From an uncultured Bacilli bacterium (GTDB lineage Bacteria; Bacillota_I; Bacilli_A; RF39; UBA660), in NCBI GenBank assembly GCA_944329445.1, contig CALVIH010000004.1, positions 1 through 50,500 of the forward strand: DNA of 50,500 bases. Reading direction: 5' to 3'. The notes under the pieces were generated by a model. It was not told where the DNA came from. It ran no database searches and saw only the letters and a program-made list of their open reading frames with translations. The position numbers and the translations under genes are program-made. Positions 24,894 through 33,375 of this stretch are shown piece after piece (position 1 is the stretch's first letter; every line of letters starts with the position of its first letter).

Positions 24894-25880
24894 TTATACC
24901 ATATTTTTACCTAAATTTTCCATATATTCTTTTATGGTATTAATAAATTCTTCTTTTGTTTTTATCTCGTATAACTTCTTTTTAACACTAACCCCATTAG
25001 GTAGTCCTTTTAAATACCAAGCACCATGAGTCCTCATTTCTAATACCGCTACTTTTTCCGGCTTTATTTGAAGTAAATAATCAAAGTGCTTTAAACAGGT
25101 TTTCATTTTATCTACCGGAGTTTGATCAGGAATAATATCACCAGTTTCTAAATAAGCTACGATTTGCTTTATTAAGTATGGATTACCAAGCGTACCGCGC
25201 CCTATCATAACCGCATCACACTTTGTTTCATCAAGCATTTTTTTTGCATCATAAACACTTAGTATATCCCCATTACCAATTACGGGAATACTAACGTTTT
25301 CTTTAACTTTTTTTATTATATTCCAGTCAGCCAACCCCTGATATCCTTGGCTGCGTGTTCTAGGATGAACCGCTATTGCCGATGCTCCCGCACGCTCACA
25401 TACCTTAGCTACTTCAACCGCATTAACGCTGTTTTTATCCCAACCACTTCTTATTTTGACCGTTACCGGAACACTTACCGCCTCTTTTACGGATTTTACT
25501 ATCTCATATATTTTTTCTGGATCTTTTAAAAGGGCCGATCCTGCTTGAGCTCTTAACGCGACCTTAGGAACCGGACACCCCATGTTTATGTCAATAATAT
25601 CAGGATGCATGGTTTCCTCTATTATTTTAGCCGCCTTAACAAAACTTTCCTTATCGCTGCCAAAAATCTGCTGCGCTATTGGTCTTTCCTCCTCGGTCAT
25701 ATAAAGCATTTCTTTAGTCTTTTGATTATCATAACAAATTGCCTTATCACTAACCATCTCAGCGTATAAAAGGCCACATCCCATTTCTTTTATTATCCTT
25801 CTAAAAGCGCTATTACAAACGCCAGCCATCGGAGCTAGACACACGTTATTAGCAATCGTTACATTACCTATTTTAAACAT
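24894..25880 (-). CDS. dusB: tRNA-dihydrouridine synthase
   Basis: 328 aa with APMAGV, INMGCP and a TIM-barrel Dus layout. Confidence 0.9.
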   Translation of the reverse strand: MFKIGNVTIANNVCLAPMAGVCNSAFRRIIKEMGCGLLYAEMVSDKAICYDNQKTKEMLYMTEEERPIAQQIFGSDKESFVKAAKIIEETMHPDIIDINMGCPVPKVALRAQAGSALLKDPEKIYEIVKSVKEAVSVPVTVKIRSGWDKNSVNAVEVAKVCERAGASAIAVHPRTRSQGYQGLADWNIIKKVKENVSIPVIGNGDILSVYDAKKMLDETKCDAVMIGRGTLGNPYLIKQIVAYLETGDIIPDQTPVDKMKTCLKHFDYLLQIKPEKVAVLEMRTHGAWYLKGLPNGVSVKKKLYEIKTKEEFINTIKEYMENLGKNMV

Positions 25881-25911
25881 CTAATCACTTCCAAACTAAA
25901 ATAATTATATA

Positions 25912-25940
25912 ATAAAAAGAAACTATTTCAAAGTTTCTTT
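25912..25940 (-). terminator. Rho-independent terminator of the 67-aa gene
   Basis: 9-bp stem AAAGAAACT/AGTTTCTTT with a 7-nt loop and a U-rich tail on the minus strand. Confidence 0.65.
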
Positions 25941-26143
25941 TAAAAACGTATTTTACTTCTGCTTTTATCAAACACCAAATTACCCTTTGTATTAGGTTTT
26001 GCTGCGTTTGCATCACCATACGTAGTAGGAAAAGATCTACTTCTCAATCTTTCTTGTTCTTGCAACCAAGCGCTTAATTCTCTAAATGATGGTTCGTCAA
26101 TTTCTTGTCTACGTAACATTTCCCATAATTTATTTTGTGTCAT
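25940..26143 (-). CDS. Small basic hypothetical protein (67 aa)
   Basis: The SD is AAAGGGGATG, 7 nt from the ATG. The gene has its own promoter and terminator. I recognise no family. Confidence 0.5.
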   Translation of the reverse strand: MTQNKLWEMLRRQEIDEPSFRELSAWLQEQERLRSRSFPTTYGDANAAKPNTKGNLVFDKSRSKIRF

Positions 26144-26171
26144 ATTTACATCCCCTTTCTAGGTGAAACTT

Positions 26172-26199
26172 ATTATATCACAATATAAGATTTATGCAA
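26172..26199 (-). promoter_or_regulatory. SigmaA promoter of the 67-aa gene
   Basis: Minus strand reads TTGCAT (26194-26199), a 16-nt spacer, then TGaTATAAT (-10 at 26172-26177). Confidence 0.6.
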
Positions 26200-26227
26200 A
26201 CATAAATGACAAAATATCTAATTTTTC

Positions 26228-26260
26228 GCCAAAATAAAAGATAGCCTATCGCTATCTTTT
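26228..26260 (-). terminator. Rho-independent terminator of the pduL-femAB unit
   Basis: Perfect 10-bp stem AAAAGATAGC/GCTATCTTTT with a 5-nt loop and a U-rich tail. One arm lies in the last codons. Confidence 0.7.
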
Positions 26261-27493
26261 TGATCTTATATATTTTAAAACGTTCATTGCTAAGTTAAAC
26301 ATCCCAAACCAAAATTTACTTATAACTAAATCATACTCACCAACAAGTTCTAAAACGTTTGGATTGAACTTAGACTTAAAGGTTGATAAATGATCTTCTA
26401 AAGAACCATCTATACCACCTAAATCACAATAGTCACATCCCTGGTCTAAGCAATAACATAACCTATAAAACATAAGTCCATTAGTTATTTTTAAAGAAGG
26501 AAGTATTTTAGTGTTCGTTCCTGCATACAAGAAAGAAGCAACCTTAGTTCCAGTTTTACAAGTTGGCATCATAACGATGGTGGCACCTGCAAGTGGCTTA
26601 GGTCCAAATTCTTTTTTTACTTCTTCAGCTTCTTTTATCTGTTTTTCACAAAACTCTTTTTTATTCTCATGTTCTTTCATGTCTTTTTTTAAGAAACTTA
26701 TGTATTTATCAACGTTTACCCTTGCAAAGAAAAGAACCGCGTTATTCGGAAAGTTTTTCATTAACTTTTTAAAATATCCCTCGCTTCTAAGCGCAATGTG
26801 TTGTCTTTGTTCCGTACAATGAAGAACACTAACCAAATCCTTTACGTCATCTAAATTGGTAGAAAAACCAAACTCTACCCCACGTTCTTCTTGATAAGTA
26901 CCAATGTAATTTCTAGTGTTTTTAGGAAACGTTCTCCGCAATTGTTCTTTTTCGTAATATTTTTCATTTATATCCTTTAATGATATGGCCATTGTATACC
27001 TAGGTTGGATATAAGCGTTAACCTCCTTTTTATAACCTCCATGTTTAAAACCTAAATCACTTAGATTTTTTACTATCTCTTGTGTGTTTTTAGAAAAGGA
27101 CTTCCTAACATCTAAACCTTTATTCTTTTTAATGTTTTGAATATTATCTTCACTAAAGCAAACAAACGGATCTATCTTTATATCTATCGCACCATTTTCT
27201 TTAGCATACTTTTTTAGTTCACTAACAAACTCTTCTAGTAGTTCTTTGTTTTTATAATCAATGACTAAACCTCTTGGAATGTAAAATAATTTCTTTCCTA
27301 AAAAAAGTTTTCTCTTTAAAATCATTGCCGCACAAACTAATTTTTCTTTACTATACATGCCAACAAAGTCATGTTCCCATGCTGTTTTTACTTTCGCCCA
27401 AGACGTTGTCTGCATAAAAGACGTAGAAGGAAAACTAGTTACGAAATCATCAAACTCTTTTTCTTCTATTCCGGTTTTAAATTGATGTTTCAT
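26252..27493 (-). CDS. FemAB-family peptidoglycan interpeptide-bridge aminoacyltransferase
   Basis: 413 aa: FMQTTSWAKVK, a coiled-coil insertion and FKSKFNP, typical of FemX/FemA/MurM. Confidence 0.8.
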   Translation of the reverse strand: MKHQFKTGIEEKEFDDFVTSFPSTSFMQTTSWAKVKTAWEHDFVGMYSKEKLVCAAMILKRKLFLGKKLFYIPRGLVIDYKNKELLEEFVSELKKYAKENGAIDIKIDPFVCFSEDNIQNIKKNKGLDVRKSFSKNTQEIVKNLSDLGFKHGGYKKEVNAYIQPRYTMAISLKDINEKYYEKEQLRRTFPKNTRNYIGTYQEERGVEFGFSTNLDDVKDLVSVLHCTEQRQHIALRSEGYFKKLMKNFPNNAVLFFARVNVDKYISFLKKDMKEHENKKEFCEKQIKEAEEVKKEFGPKPLAGATIVMMPTCKTGTKVASFLYAGTNTKILPSLKITNGLMFYRLCYCLDQGCDYCDLGGIDGSLEDHLSTFKSKFNPNVLELVGEYDLVISKFWFGMFNLAMNVLKYIRSKR

Positions 27494-27505
27494 ATAATCA
27501 CCCCT

Positions 27506-28072
27506 TTATTCTACTACCAACTCTGCTTCATCACCATTATTAATTAAAAACGCATTTGCATCATCAGTGTCCAAATGAACTTCATATGAAAAACTATCAC
27601 TTATTCTTACGTATACATTTTCTAGTATTCCCGGCTTTTGTCCTTTTACTACTATCTTAACAAACTCTTTGTTTTCAAAACCATATTTTTTAGCATCCAT
27701 AGGTGTTGCATGAACGTGTCTTGCCGCAATTATAGCGGCGTTTTTAGTTATTTCTCCTTTAGGCCCAACAATAGTTATTTCTGCTGCTCCTTGTAGGTCT
27801 CCAGAGTTTCTAACCGGCGGTTTAATACCTAGCGCAAACGAATCAGTTTTAGATATCTCTACTTGCGTTTCACCTCTTTCAGGTCCTAGGATTCTAACCC
27901 TTTCAATCGTTCCCTTAGGGCCCTTTAGCGTCACTTGTTCATTACAAGCATATTGACCTGGTTGTGATAAATCTACCTTTTTGGTTAATTCAAAACCATC
28001 TCCAAATAAAACTTTTAAATCATCTTTTGTTACGTGAACGTGTCTTGCTGACACACCAATATTTACTTTCAT
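27506..28072 (-). CDS. pduL: Phosphate propanoyl/acetyl-transferase PduL
   Basis: 188 aa with two PduL repeats, each carrying the (S/A)ARHVH motif. Confidence 0.88.
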   Translation of the reverse strand: MKVNIGVSARHVHVTKDDLKVLFGDGFELTKKVDLSQPGQYACNEQVTLKGPKGTIERVRILGPERGETQVEISKTDSFALGIKPPVRNSGDLQGAAEITIVGPKGEITKNAAIIAARHVHATPMDAKKYGFENKEFVKIVVKGQKPGILENVYVRISDSFSYEVHLDTDDANAFLINNGDEAELVVE

Positions 28073-28105
28073 AATTATCCCTCCGCTTAAACAATTATAA
28101 CATGT

Positions 28106-28132
28106 ATATTTATTTTAATTCAATCATATGTT
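28106..28132 (+). promoter_or_regulatory. Candidate mother-cell (sigmaE/K-type) promoter of gerQ
   Basis: gtATATT (28106-28110), a 14-nt spacer, then CATATGTT (28125-28132). This resembles the sigmaE consensus ATATT-N14-CATACAnT. It lies about 30 nt upstream of the gerQ ATG. Confidence 0.4.
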
Positions 28133-28162
28133 TAAATGAAATATAAAAAAGGAGATTTTAAA

Positions 28163-28579
28163 ATGAATACAAATTACTATTCAAATCCTACTTATCCAAA
28201 CATGAACACAAGTGGGATACAAATGGGTGCCATGGGTGGTGTTGCATCATCCCCTAGTCAAAATACAAGTAATGTTAGCAACAACAATTTAGCTACCATT
28301 CAAGCTACTAATAACATGCTTGACATAGAACAATCATACGTAGAAAACATCCTAAGACTAAACAAAGGAAAACTTGCAACATTTTACTTTTCATACCCCG
28401 ATTCAGTAGAGTGGCGTGATAAAACTTACACCGGAATAATAGAAGCAGCCGGACGTGACCACATAATAGTTAGTGATCCTAAAACTGGTAGATGGTATTT
28501 ACTTTTAATGATTTACTTAAATTATGTAGACTTTGACGAAAAAATTAACTATAGCCCAGAGTACTATCCTGGAAACTAA
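28163..28579 (+). CDS. gerQ: Spore coat protein GerQ
   Basis: A Q/N/S-rich N-terminus is followed by YVENILRLNKGKLATFYFSY...IIEAAGRDHIIVSDPKTGRWYLLLMIYLNYVDFDE, which is near-identical in pattern to B. subtilis GerQ. The start is at MNTNYY, with an AGGAG SD. Confidence 0.85.
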   Translation: MNTNYYSNPTYPNMNTSGIQMGAMGGVASSPSQNTSNVSNNNLATIQATNNMLDIEQSYVENILRLNKGKLATFYFSYPDSVEWRDKTYTGIIEAAGRDHIIVSDPKTGRWYLLLMIYLNYVDFDEKINYSPEYYPGN

Positions 28580-28586
28580 TATTGAT

Positions 28587-28617
28587 AAAAAAAGATGAAA
28601 CATCATCTTTTTCTTTT
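28587..28617 (+). terminator. Rho-independent terminator of gerQ
   Basis: AAAGATGA-aaca-TCATCTTT followed by TTCTTTTT. Confidence 0.6.
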
Positions 28618-28631
28618 TACTTTCCATTAAC

Positions 28632-28660
28632 TTGTAAATGTTACCTACTTTTGTTATAAT
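28632..28660 (+). promoter_or_regulatory. SigmaA promoter of lemA
   Basis: TTGTAA (28632-28637), a 17-nt spacer, then TGtTATAAT (-10 at 28655-28660). Confidence 0.65.
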
Positions 28661-28685
28661 CTAAATTAGAATAGAGGTAGGTAAT

Positions 28686-29219
28686 ATGATAGTTATAATC
28701 GTTGTTCTAATACTTAGCATTATTTTATTGGTGTGGAACATTTACGTTGATAAGATGAACTTTTTAACCATCAAGCTTGATACGATTGAAGAAAAGATAA
28801 ATAGTACTTTAATAAAACGAAAAGAATTAATTAAGGATTCTGAAAAAATAATCAAAGACGTTGTAAAAACTGAAAAAGAAATCTATTCTGGTTTATCAGA
28901 GCTAAATGATAAAGATACAAACATGATGGAATTAGATAGAAAACTTTTAGTTTACATAGGAGAGTTTTATTTAATAAAGGAAAAATATCATAAGTTACAA
29001 AAAAATGAGGATTTCCAAAAAATAGCATTTAAGATAACCGAAACAGAAGATTTACTTAATGCATATAAAGATTACTATAATGATAACGCCAGTAAATATA
29101 ATAAATTAATAAAAAGTTTCCCAGTAATTATAGTAACACTAATCAAAAGAAAAAAAGAAAAACTATTCTTTGATAAAAAAAGTCTAGACGATTCAGATTA
29201 TAGTGAGTTTAAATATTAA
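28686..29219 (+). CDS. LemA-family membrane protein
   Basis: A single N-terminal TM segment is followed by the LemA pattern, including YYNDNASKYNKLIKSFPV. Confidence 0.6.
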   Translation: MIVIIVVLILSIILLVWNIYVDKMNFLTIKLDTIEEKINSTLIKRKELIKDSEKIIKDVVKTEKEIYSGLSELNDKDTNMMELDRKLLVYIGEFYLIKEKYHKLQKNEDFQKIAFKITETEDLLNAYKDYYNDNASKYNKLIKSFPVIIVTLIKRKKEKLFFDKKSLDDSDYSEFKY

Positions 29220-29243
29220 AAGAGATTAAAAATTAATCTCTTT
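29219..29243. terminator. Bidirectional terminator between lemA and ung
   Basis: 10-bp stem AAAGAGATTA/TAATCTCTTT with a 5-nt loop and U-runs on both strands. Confidence 0.65.
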
Positions 29244-29876
29244 TTTGTTATGTTCTTTTAAATAATTATTGGTTTTAGAAAATGGCCTACTACCAAAAAA
29301 ACCATTATACGCTGATAAAGGAGATGGATGGGCCGATTCAATTATATAGTGTGTTTTATTAGTAATAATCCTTTTTTTATCTCTTGCCTGTCTTCCCCAT
29401 AAGATAAACACTACGTTATTTAATCTATCATTTATTTGTTTTATAACAAAGTCAGTAAATATTTCCCAACCAATATCTTTATGCGAGTTTGCCTTATCTT
29501 TTTCAACAGTAAGGACGGTATTAAGCAAAAATACTCCTTGTTTTGCCCAATCAGACAAATCAGTATCAGTTCTCGTGATTCCTAAATCATCATGTAACTC
29601 TTTAAAAATATTCCTTAGTGAAGGAGGTGTCCTAACTCCACGTCTTACCGAAAACGAAAGCCCCATGGCTTCTTTTTCACCATGATAAGGATCCTGCCCT
29701 AAAATAACTACCTTTATATCATTAAAATCAGTTAGTTTAAAAGCGTTAAATAAATCCTTAGCTGGTGGATAAATAGTTTTTGAAAGCCTTTCTTCCTTAA
29801 TGAATTCTCTTATGTACTTGAAATAACTTTTCTGCATTTCATCATGTAATACTTCATCCCAGCCATTATGAAACAT
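29226..29876 (-). CDS. ung: Uracil-DNA glycosylase (family 1)
   Basis: GQDPYH and HPSPLS motifs; 216 aa. Confidence 0.95.
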   Translation of the reverse strand: MFHNGWDEVLHDEMQKSYFKYIREFIKEERLSKTIYPPAKDLFNAFKLTDFNDIKVVILGQDPYHGEKEAMGLSFSVRRGVRTPPSLRNIFKELHDDLGITRTDTDLSDWAKQGVFLLNTVLTVEKDKANSHKDIGWEIFTDFVIKQINDRLNNVVFILWGRQARDKKRIITNKTHYIIESAHPSPLSAYNGFFGSRPFSKTNNYLKEHNKKEINF

Positions 29877-29879
29877 ATA

Positions 29880-30620
29880 TTATCTTCCCTTCGGTTCTAT
29901 TTTTGCCATTATAAGACTATGGTCACTACCATCATTAGAAAGCGCCTTGGCATCGTATGCATTAAGCTCGTCATCATCATATAATATATGATCGAGTGCC
30001 ATATTTAATGGTTTGTAGGTTTTTCCCAAATCTAAAGCAGCATCTGAAAAAAAGTTTCTATCACAAAAATCTTTTAAAGGGCCATTAACCTCAGTATTCA
30101 TATCACCTATTATTACTTTGTTACTTGAACAAGCCATACCCATTATTTTTTCTATCGCACCATTCTCTTTAAACGCTTTTCCTTGAATAAGTTTTGAATT
30201 ATCAACATGCATGTTCATTACAAAATACTCATCGAAATCATCAATAAAATTTACAAACGTACTAACCCTAGGAAAGAAAGCCCCAGGATATTTTTTACCT
30301 ATTTTATATATGTCATCGGATATTGAAAAAGTTCCATAATTGGTAACGTATCCACTAGCTTCTTTAACCATAATAGGACAAGCTTCGTTAGTAATTCCTA
30401 TACTTCCCCTAAAATCACCATATATTTTATATTTCTTGCCAAACATTTCTTCTAACCATTCATATTCTTCCTTGGTAACTTCTTGTAATCCTATAATATC
30501 AGAATCAGCTTTAACAATTAATTCAACATTTTGTCTAAATCTTTCTAATTGCGTTGGTTTCAATCGCAAAATCTTGCTAGCCGTTTTATTTTTTATGTTA
30601 TAAGTTGCTACCTTTATCAT
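29880..30620 (-). CDS. Endonuclease/exonuclease/phosphatase (EEP) family protein
   Basis: TYNI, GLQEV, GDMN, DHIL and SDHSL motifs. No signal peptide. The stop lies 3 nt before the ung ATG. Confidence 0.75.
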   Translation of the reverse strand: MIKVATYNIKNKTASKILRLKPTQLERFRQNVELIVKADSDIIGLQEVTKEEYEWLEEMFGKKYKIYGDFRGSIGITNEACPIMVKEASGYVTNYGTFSISDDIYKIGKKYPGAFFPRVSTFVNFIDDFDEYFVMNMHVDNSKLIQGKAFKENGAIEKIMGMACSSNKVIIGDMNTEVNGPLKDFCDRNFFSDAALDLGKTYKPLNMALDHILYDDDELNAYDAKALSNDGSDHSLIMAKIEPKGR

Positions 30621-30646
30621 AACAAAACCCTCCTTTGATTGGGATT

Positions 30647-30655
30647 ATTATAGCA
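30647..30655 (-). promoter_or_regulatory. Extended -10 promoter (TGcTATAAT) for the EEP-ung pair
   Basis: Minus strand reads gTGcTATAATaatcccaatcaaaGGAGGgttttgttATG. Confidence 0.5.
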
Positions 30656-30684
30656 CAATTAATAAAAATAATAAATAACTAGCA

Positions 30685-31131
30685 CTACTTGTGGTAGCTC
30701 TCGTTATTTATTATCTTAAATGATCTATATATTTGTTCAAGTAAAATTACTCGAAATAATTGGTGTGGAAAGGTTAAATCAGAAAACGATAATGCGCAAT
30801 TAGATCTTTTTAAAACAGTGTCTGAAAGACCATATGAACCACCGATTACAAAGATTATGTTTTTAGAAATATTTTTATCAATAAAATTTGACAATTCAAT
30901 AGAATTTACTTTTTTACCATGAATTTCTAACGTAATAACAAAATCTTTTTCATTTATTTTTGATAAAATATTTTTACCTTCTTCATTAATGGTTTTTAAA
31001 ACATCATAATTATAGTCTGGCAACTCAATAATTTCTAACTTGGTATATTTAGATAACCTTTTTTTATACTCTGCTATTGCATCTAAAAAATACTTTTCTT
31101 TTACTTTTCCTACGCATATTATTTTTATCAT
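30685..31131 (-). CDS. rlmH: 23S rRNA (pseudouridine1915-N3)-methyltransferase
   Basis: 148 aa SPOUT protein: MIKIICVGKVKEKY...FVIGGSYG. It overlaps the upstream gene by 4 nt. Confidence 0.88.
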   Translation of the reverse strand: MIKIICVGKVKEKYFLDAIAEYKKRLSKYTKLEIIELPDYNYDVLKTINEEGKNILSKINEKDFVITLEIHGKKVNSIELSNFIDKNISKNIIFVIGGSYGLSDTVLKRSNCALSFSDLTFPHQLFRVILLEQIYRSFKIINNESYHK

Positions 31132-31898
31132 ACTTCTATCCAGTCCGTCCTTTGTTTTTGTTTTGCTATAAGGATGTTTTTAACCTTTTTATTCTTAGAA
31201 GATAAAACCTCATTCAAAGTACTTAAAGCAATCTCATAAGTATTATTATCATCACTTAAATGTGCTAGTATTATGGTTTTTGTATCATTTCCTATCCACT
31301 CAGATAAATAGTAGGATGCATCCATGTTAGATAAGTGACCTTTATCGCTTAAAATCCTTTTCTTTAAATGAAATGGATATCTACCATTCATAAGCATTTG
31401 GGTATCATGATTACTCTCTAATAAGTATAAGTTACGATTACTTAGTTTTTGAAAATATTTATTATTTATGTAACCAGTATCAGTTATGTACACAATTGAT
31501 TTATCTTTGTTATTTAAGATAAATCCAACCGACCCTTTAACGTCATGAGAAGTTTTAATCACATCAACATCAATGTCATCGATGGTAAAGTTTGAGGTTT
31601 CGTATAATACGTAATCAAAATCATCTATGTATTCATAAAGCAAACTAAGAATTACTTTGTTAACATATAATTTAGGATGATATTTTTTTAAGAATACTTT
31701 AAGTCCCTGAATATGATCCACGTGGGTATGTGTTATTAATATAGCCTTTATTTCTCTTGGATCCACTTCTAACTCTTCTAATTTTTCTTCAACATAAGAC
31801 TTGGTAACACCAAGGTCAATCAAAACCTTGGTGTTATCTGTTTGTATTAAAGCACAATTACCCTTACTACCACTTGATAATACTGCTAATTTCATCAT
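31128..31898 (-). CDS. MBL-fold metallo-hydrolase (YycJ/WalJ-like)
   Basis: HTHVDH motif, 256 aa. Its position next to rlmH matches the Bacillus yycJ-rlmH arrangement. Confidence 0.8.
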   Translation of the reverse strand: MMKLAVLSSGSKGNCALIQTDNTKVLIDLGVTKSYVEEKLEELEVDPREIKAILITHTHVDHIQGLKVFLKKYHPKLYVNKVILSLLYEYIDDFDYVLYETSNFTIDDIDVDVIKTSHDVKGSVGFILNNKDKSIVYITDTGYINNKYFQKLSNRNLYLLESNHDTQMLMNGRYPFHLKKRILSDKGHLSNMDASYYLSEWIGNDTKTIILAHLSDDNNTYEIALSTLNEVLSSKNKKVKNILIAKQKQRTDWIEV

Positions 31899-33373
31899 CT
31901 GTATAAGCTTAGTGGATCCATTGGTGTACCATCACGATAAGGTAATCCACCATAGTAAAGACCAAAGTGTAAGTGGGTACCGGTTGCAAAACCAGTGTGA
32001 CCCATCGTACCTATTTGTTGACCTTTTTGTACCGTCTGTCCTTCTGAAACAAGTCTTGAATGCATATGACCGTAAAGCGTATAATATCCATTACCGTGAT
32101 TTATCGTTACGTAAGTTCCCAAACTTCCAGAGTTTGTTCTTGCGGTAACAACGGTACCCGAACCTGCCGCATAAATAGGTGAGCCTTCACCACTACCAGC
32201 AATATCTATTGCTTCGTGAACTTTACCCCAGCGATATCCAAAGTAACTTGAAATATAGTATTGTGAAATCGTTGGCCATGCCCATGAACCAGACATGATT
32301 GGAGCAGTTCCACCACCAGCATAAGTTTTAGTTCCTACTTTTACAACCTTATCAACGGATGGAGTAAGCGTCTCAGAACTTACGATTACAACGTTAGTTG
32401 TTTCACCGTTTACGGTTTTTATTTTCGTAGTTAACCTATCCATACCATTCTGTCCCTCAGTTACCACTTCTTCAGTTCCATAAGCCATTGAGTCATCTTC
32501 TTCGGTAACCGTTTTATACTGACTTTCTTGATCTATTACATTATGAGTTTCAACAACAACGTCCACAACTGGATTTATTAATCCTACTTTAACCTGCTGT
32601 CCAACCGATAATAAATTATTTGAACTTGTAAATTCTGGATTAACAATCAAAAATTCTTCCGTTGCTAGCTTGTTATTATAAGCAATTGATTCAATTGTAT
32701 CCCCTTCTTGAACGGTATAATATTGATCTTCTTTTACCTCTCCAAACATTAAATATTTAGTAAGTGTTTTTTCATCGGTAAATATTTCTTCATCCGTTGA
32801 TATGTATCCTTTTTTTATGGTAATGTTTTGATCGATATATATATCTTCTATTAAGGTCCCGGTTTCTTTTATTTCAGGCTGCGTATCGTTCTCATAATTT
32901 TTCATGTCGTCTTCCGTTACGAACGCTTTAACGACGGACTTAATTGCGTTATCAAAAATACTTTTATCAAGCACGTTTATAGCCAAATCGTCTTCACCCT
33001 CGGTGTTAGACTTAATTGTTACCTTATACCCTTCAACGGTAAAAGGTTTTTCGTCTTTGATAATGTTATGTACCTGCTTAGCCGTTAAAACTTCTTTTTC
33101 ATAAGTAGTACACTTTTGAATGTCCACTCCGTCTGGTATGTAAACCTTATCAACGGCATATTTTTCTTTTAAATCTTTTTGCTCTTCATTTATGTACTCT
33201 TCTAGTTCTTCTTTGTCATTTACGTTGCCAACTACTTTACCATCCAAATAAACTTTGTATACTTCTTTAGGCTTTAGTTGATAACGATTAGCAAAATTCA
33301 CAAAGAAAACTATAGCTACCGAAACAGCCACCGCAAAAACATAAGTTAACCCCGTTTTTATTACTTTCATCAT
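31895..33373 (-). CDS. M23 peptidoglycan DD-metalloendopeptidase with LysM and G5 domains
   Basis: N-terminal TM anchor, LysM (YTVQEGDTIESIAYNN), G5-like (TEGQNGMDRLT...NGE) and M23 (HEAIDIAG...HLHFGLY). Confidence 0.85.
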   Translation of the reverse strand: MMKVIKTGLTYVFAVAVSVAIVFFVNFANRYQLKPKEVYKVYLDGKVVGNVNDKEELEEYINEEQKDLKEKYAVDKVYIPDGVDIQKCTTYEKEVLTAKQVHNIIKDEKPFTVEGYKVTIKSNTEGEDDLAINVLDKSIFDNAIKSVVKAFVTEDDMKNYENDTQPEIKETGTLIEDIYIDQNITIKKGYISTDEEIFTDEKTLTKYLMFGEVKEDQYYTVQEGDTIESIAYNNKLATEEFLIVNPEFTSSNNLLSVGQQVKVGLINPVVDVVVETHNVIDQESQYKTVTEEDDSMAYGTEEVVTEGQNGMDRLTTKIKTVNGETTNVVIVSSETLTPSVDKVVKVGTKTYAGGGTAPIMSGSWAWPTISQYYISSYFGYRWGKVHEAIDIAGSGEGSPIYAAGSGTVVTARTNSGSLGTYVTINHGNGYYTLYGHMHSRLVSEGQTVQKGQQIGTMGHTGFATGTHLHFGLYYGGLPYRDGTPMDPLSLYR

Positions 33374-33375
33374 AA

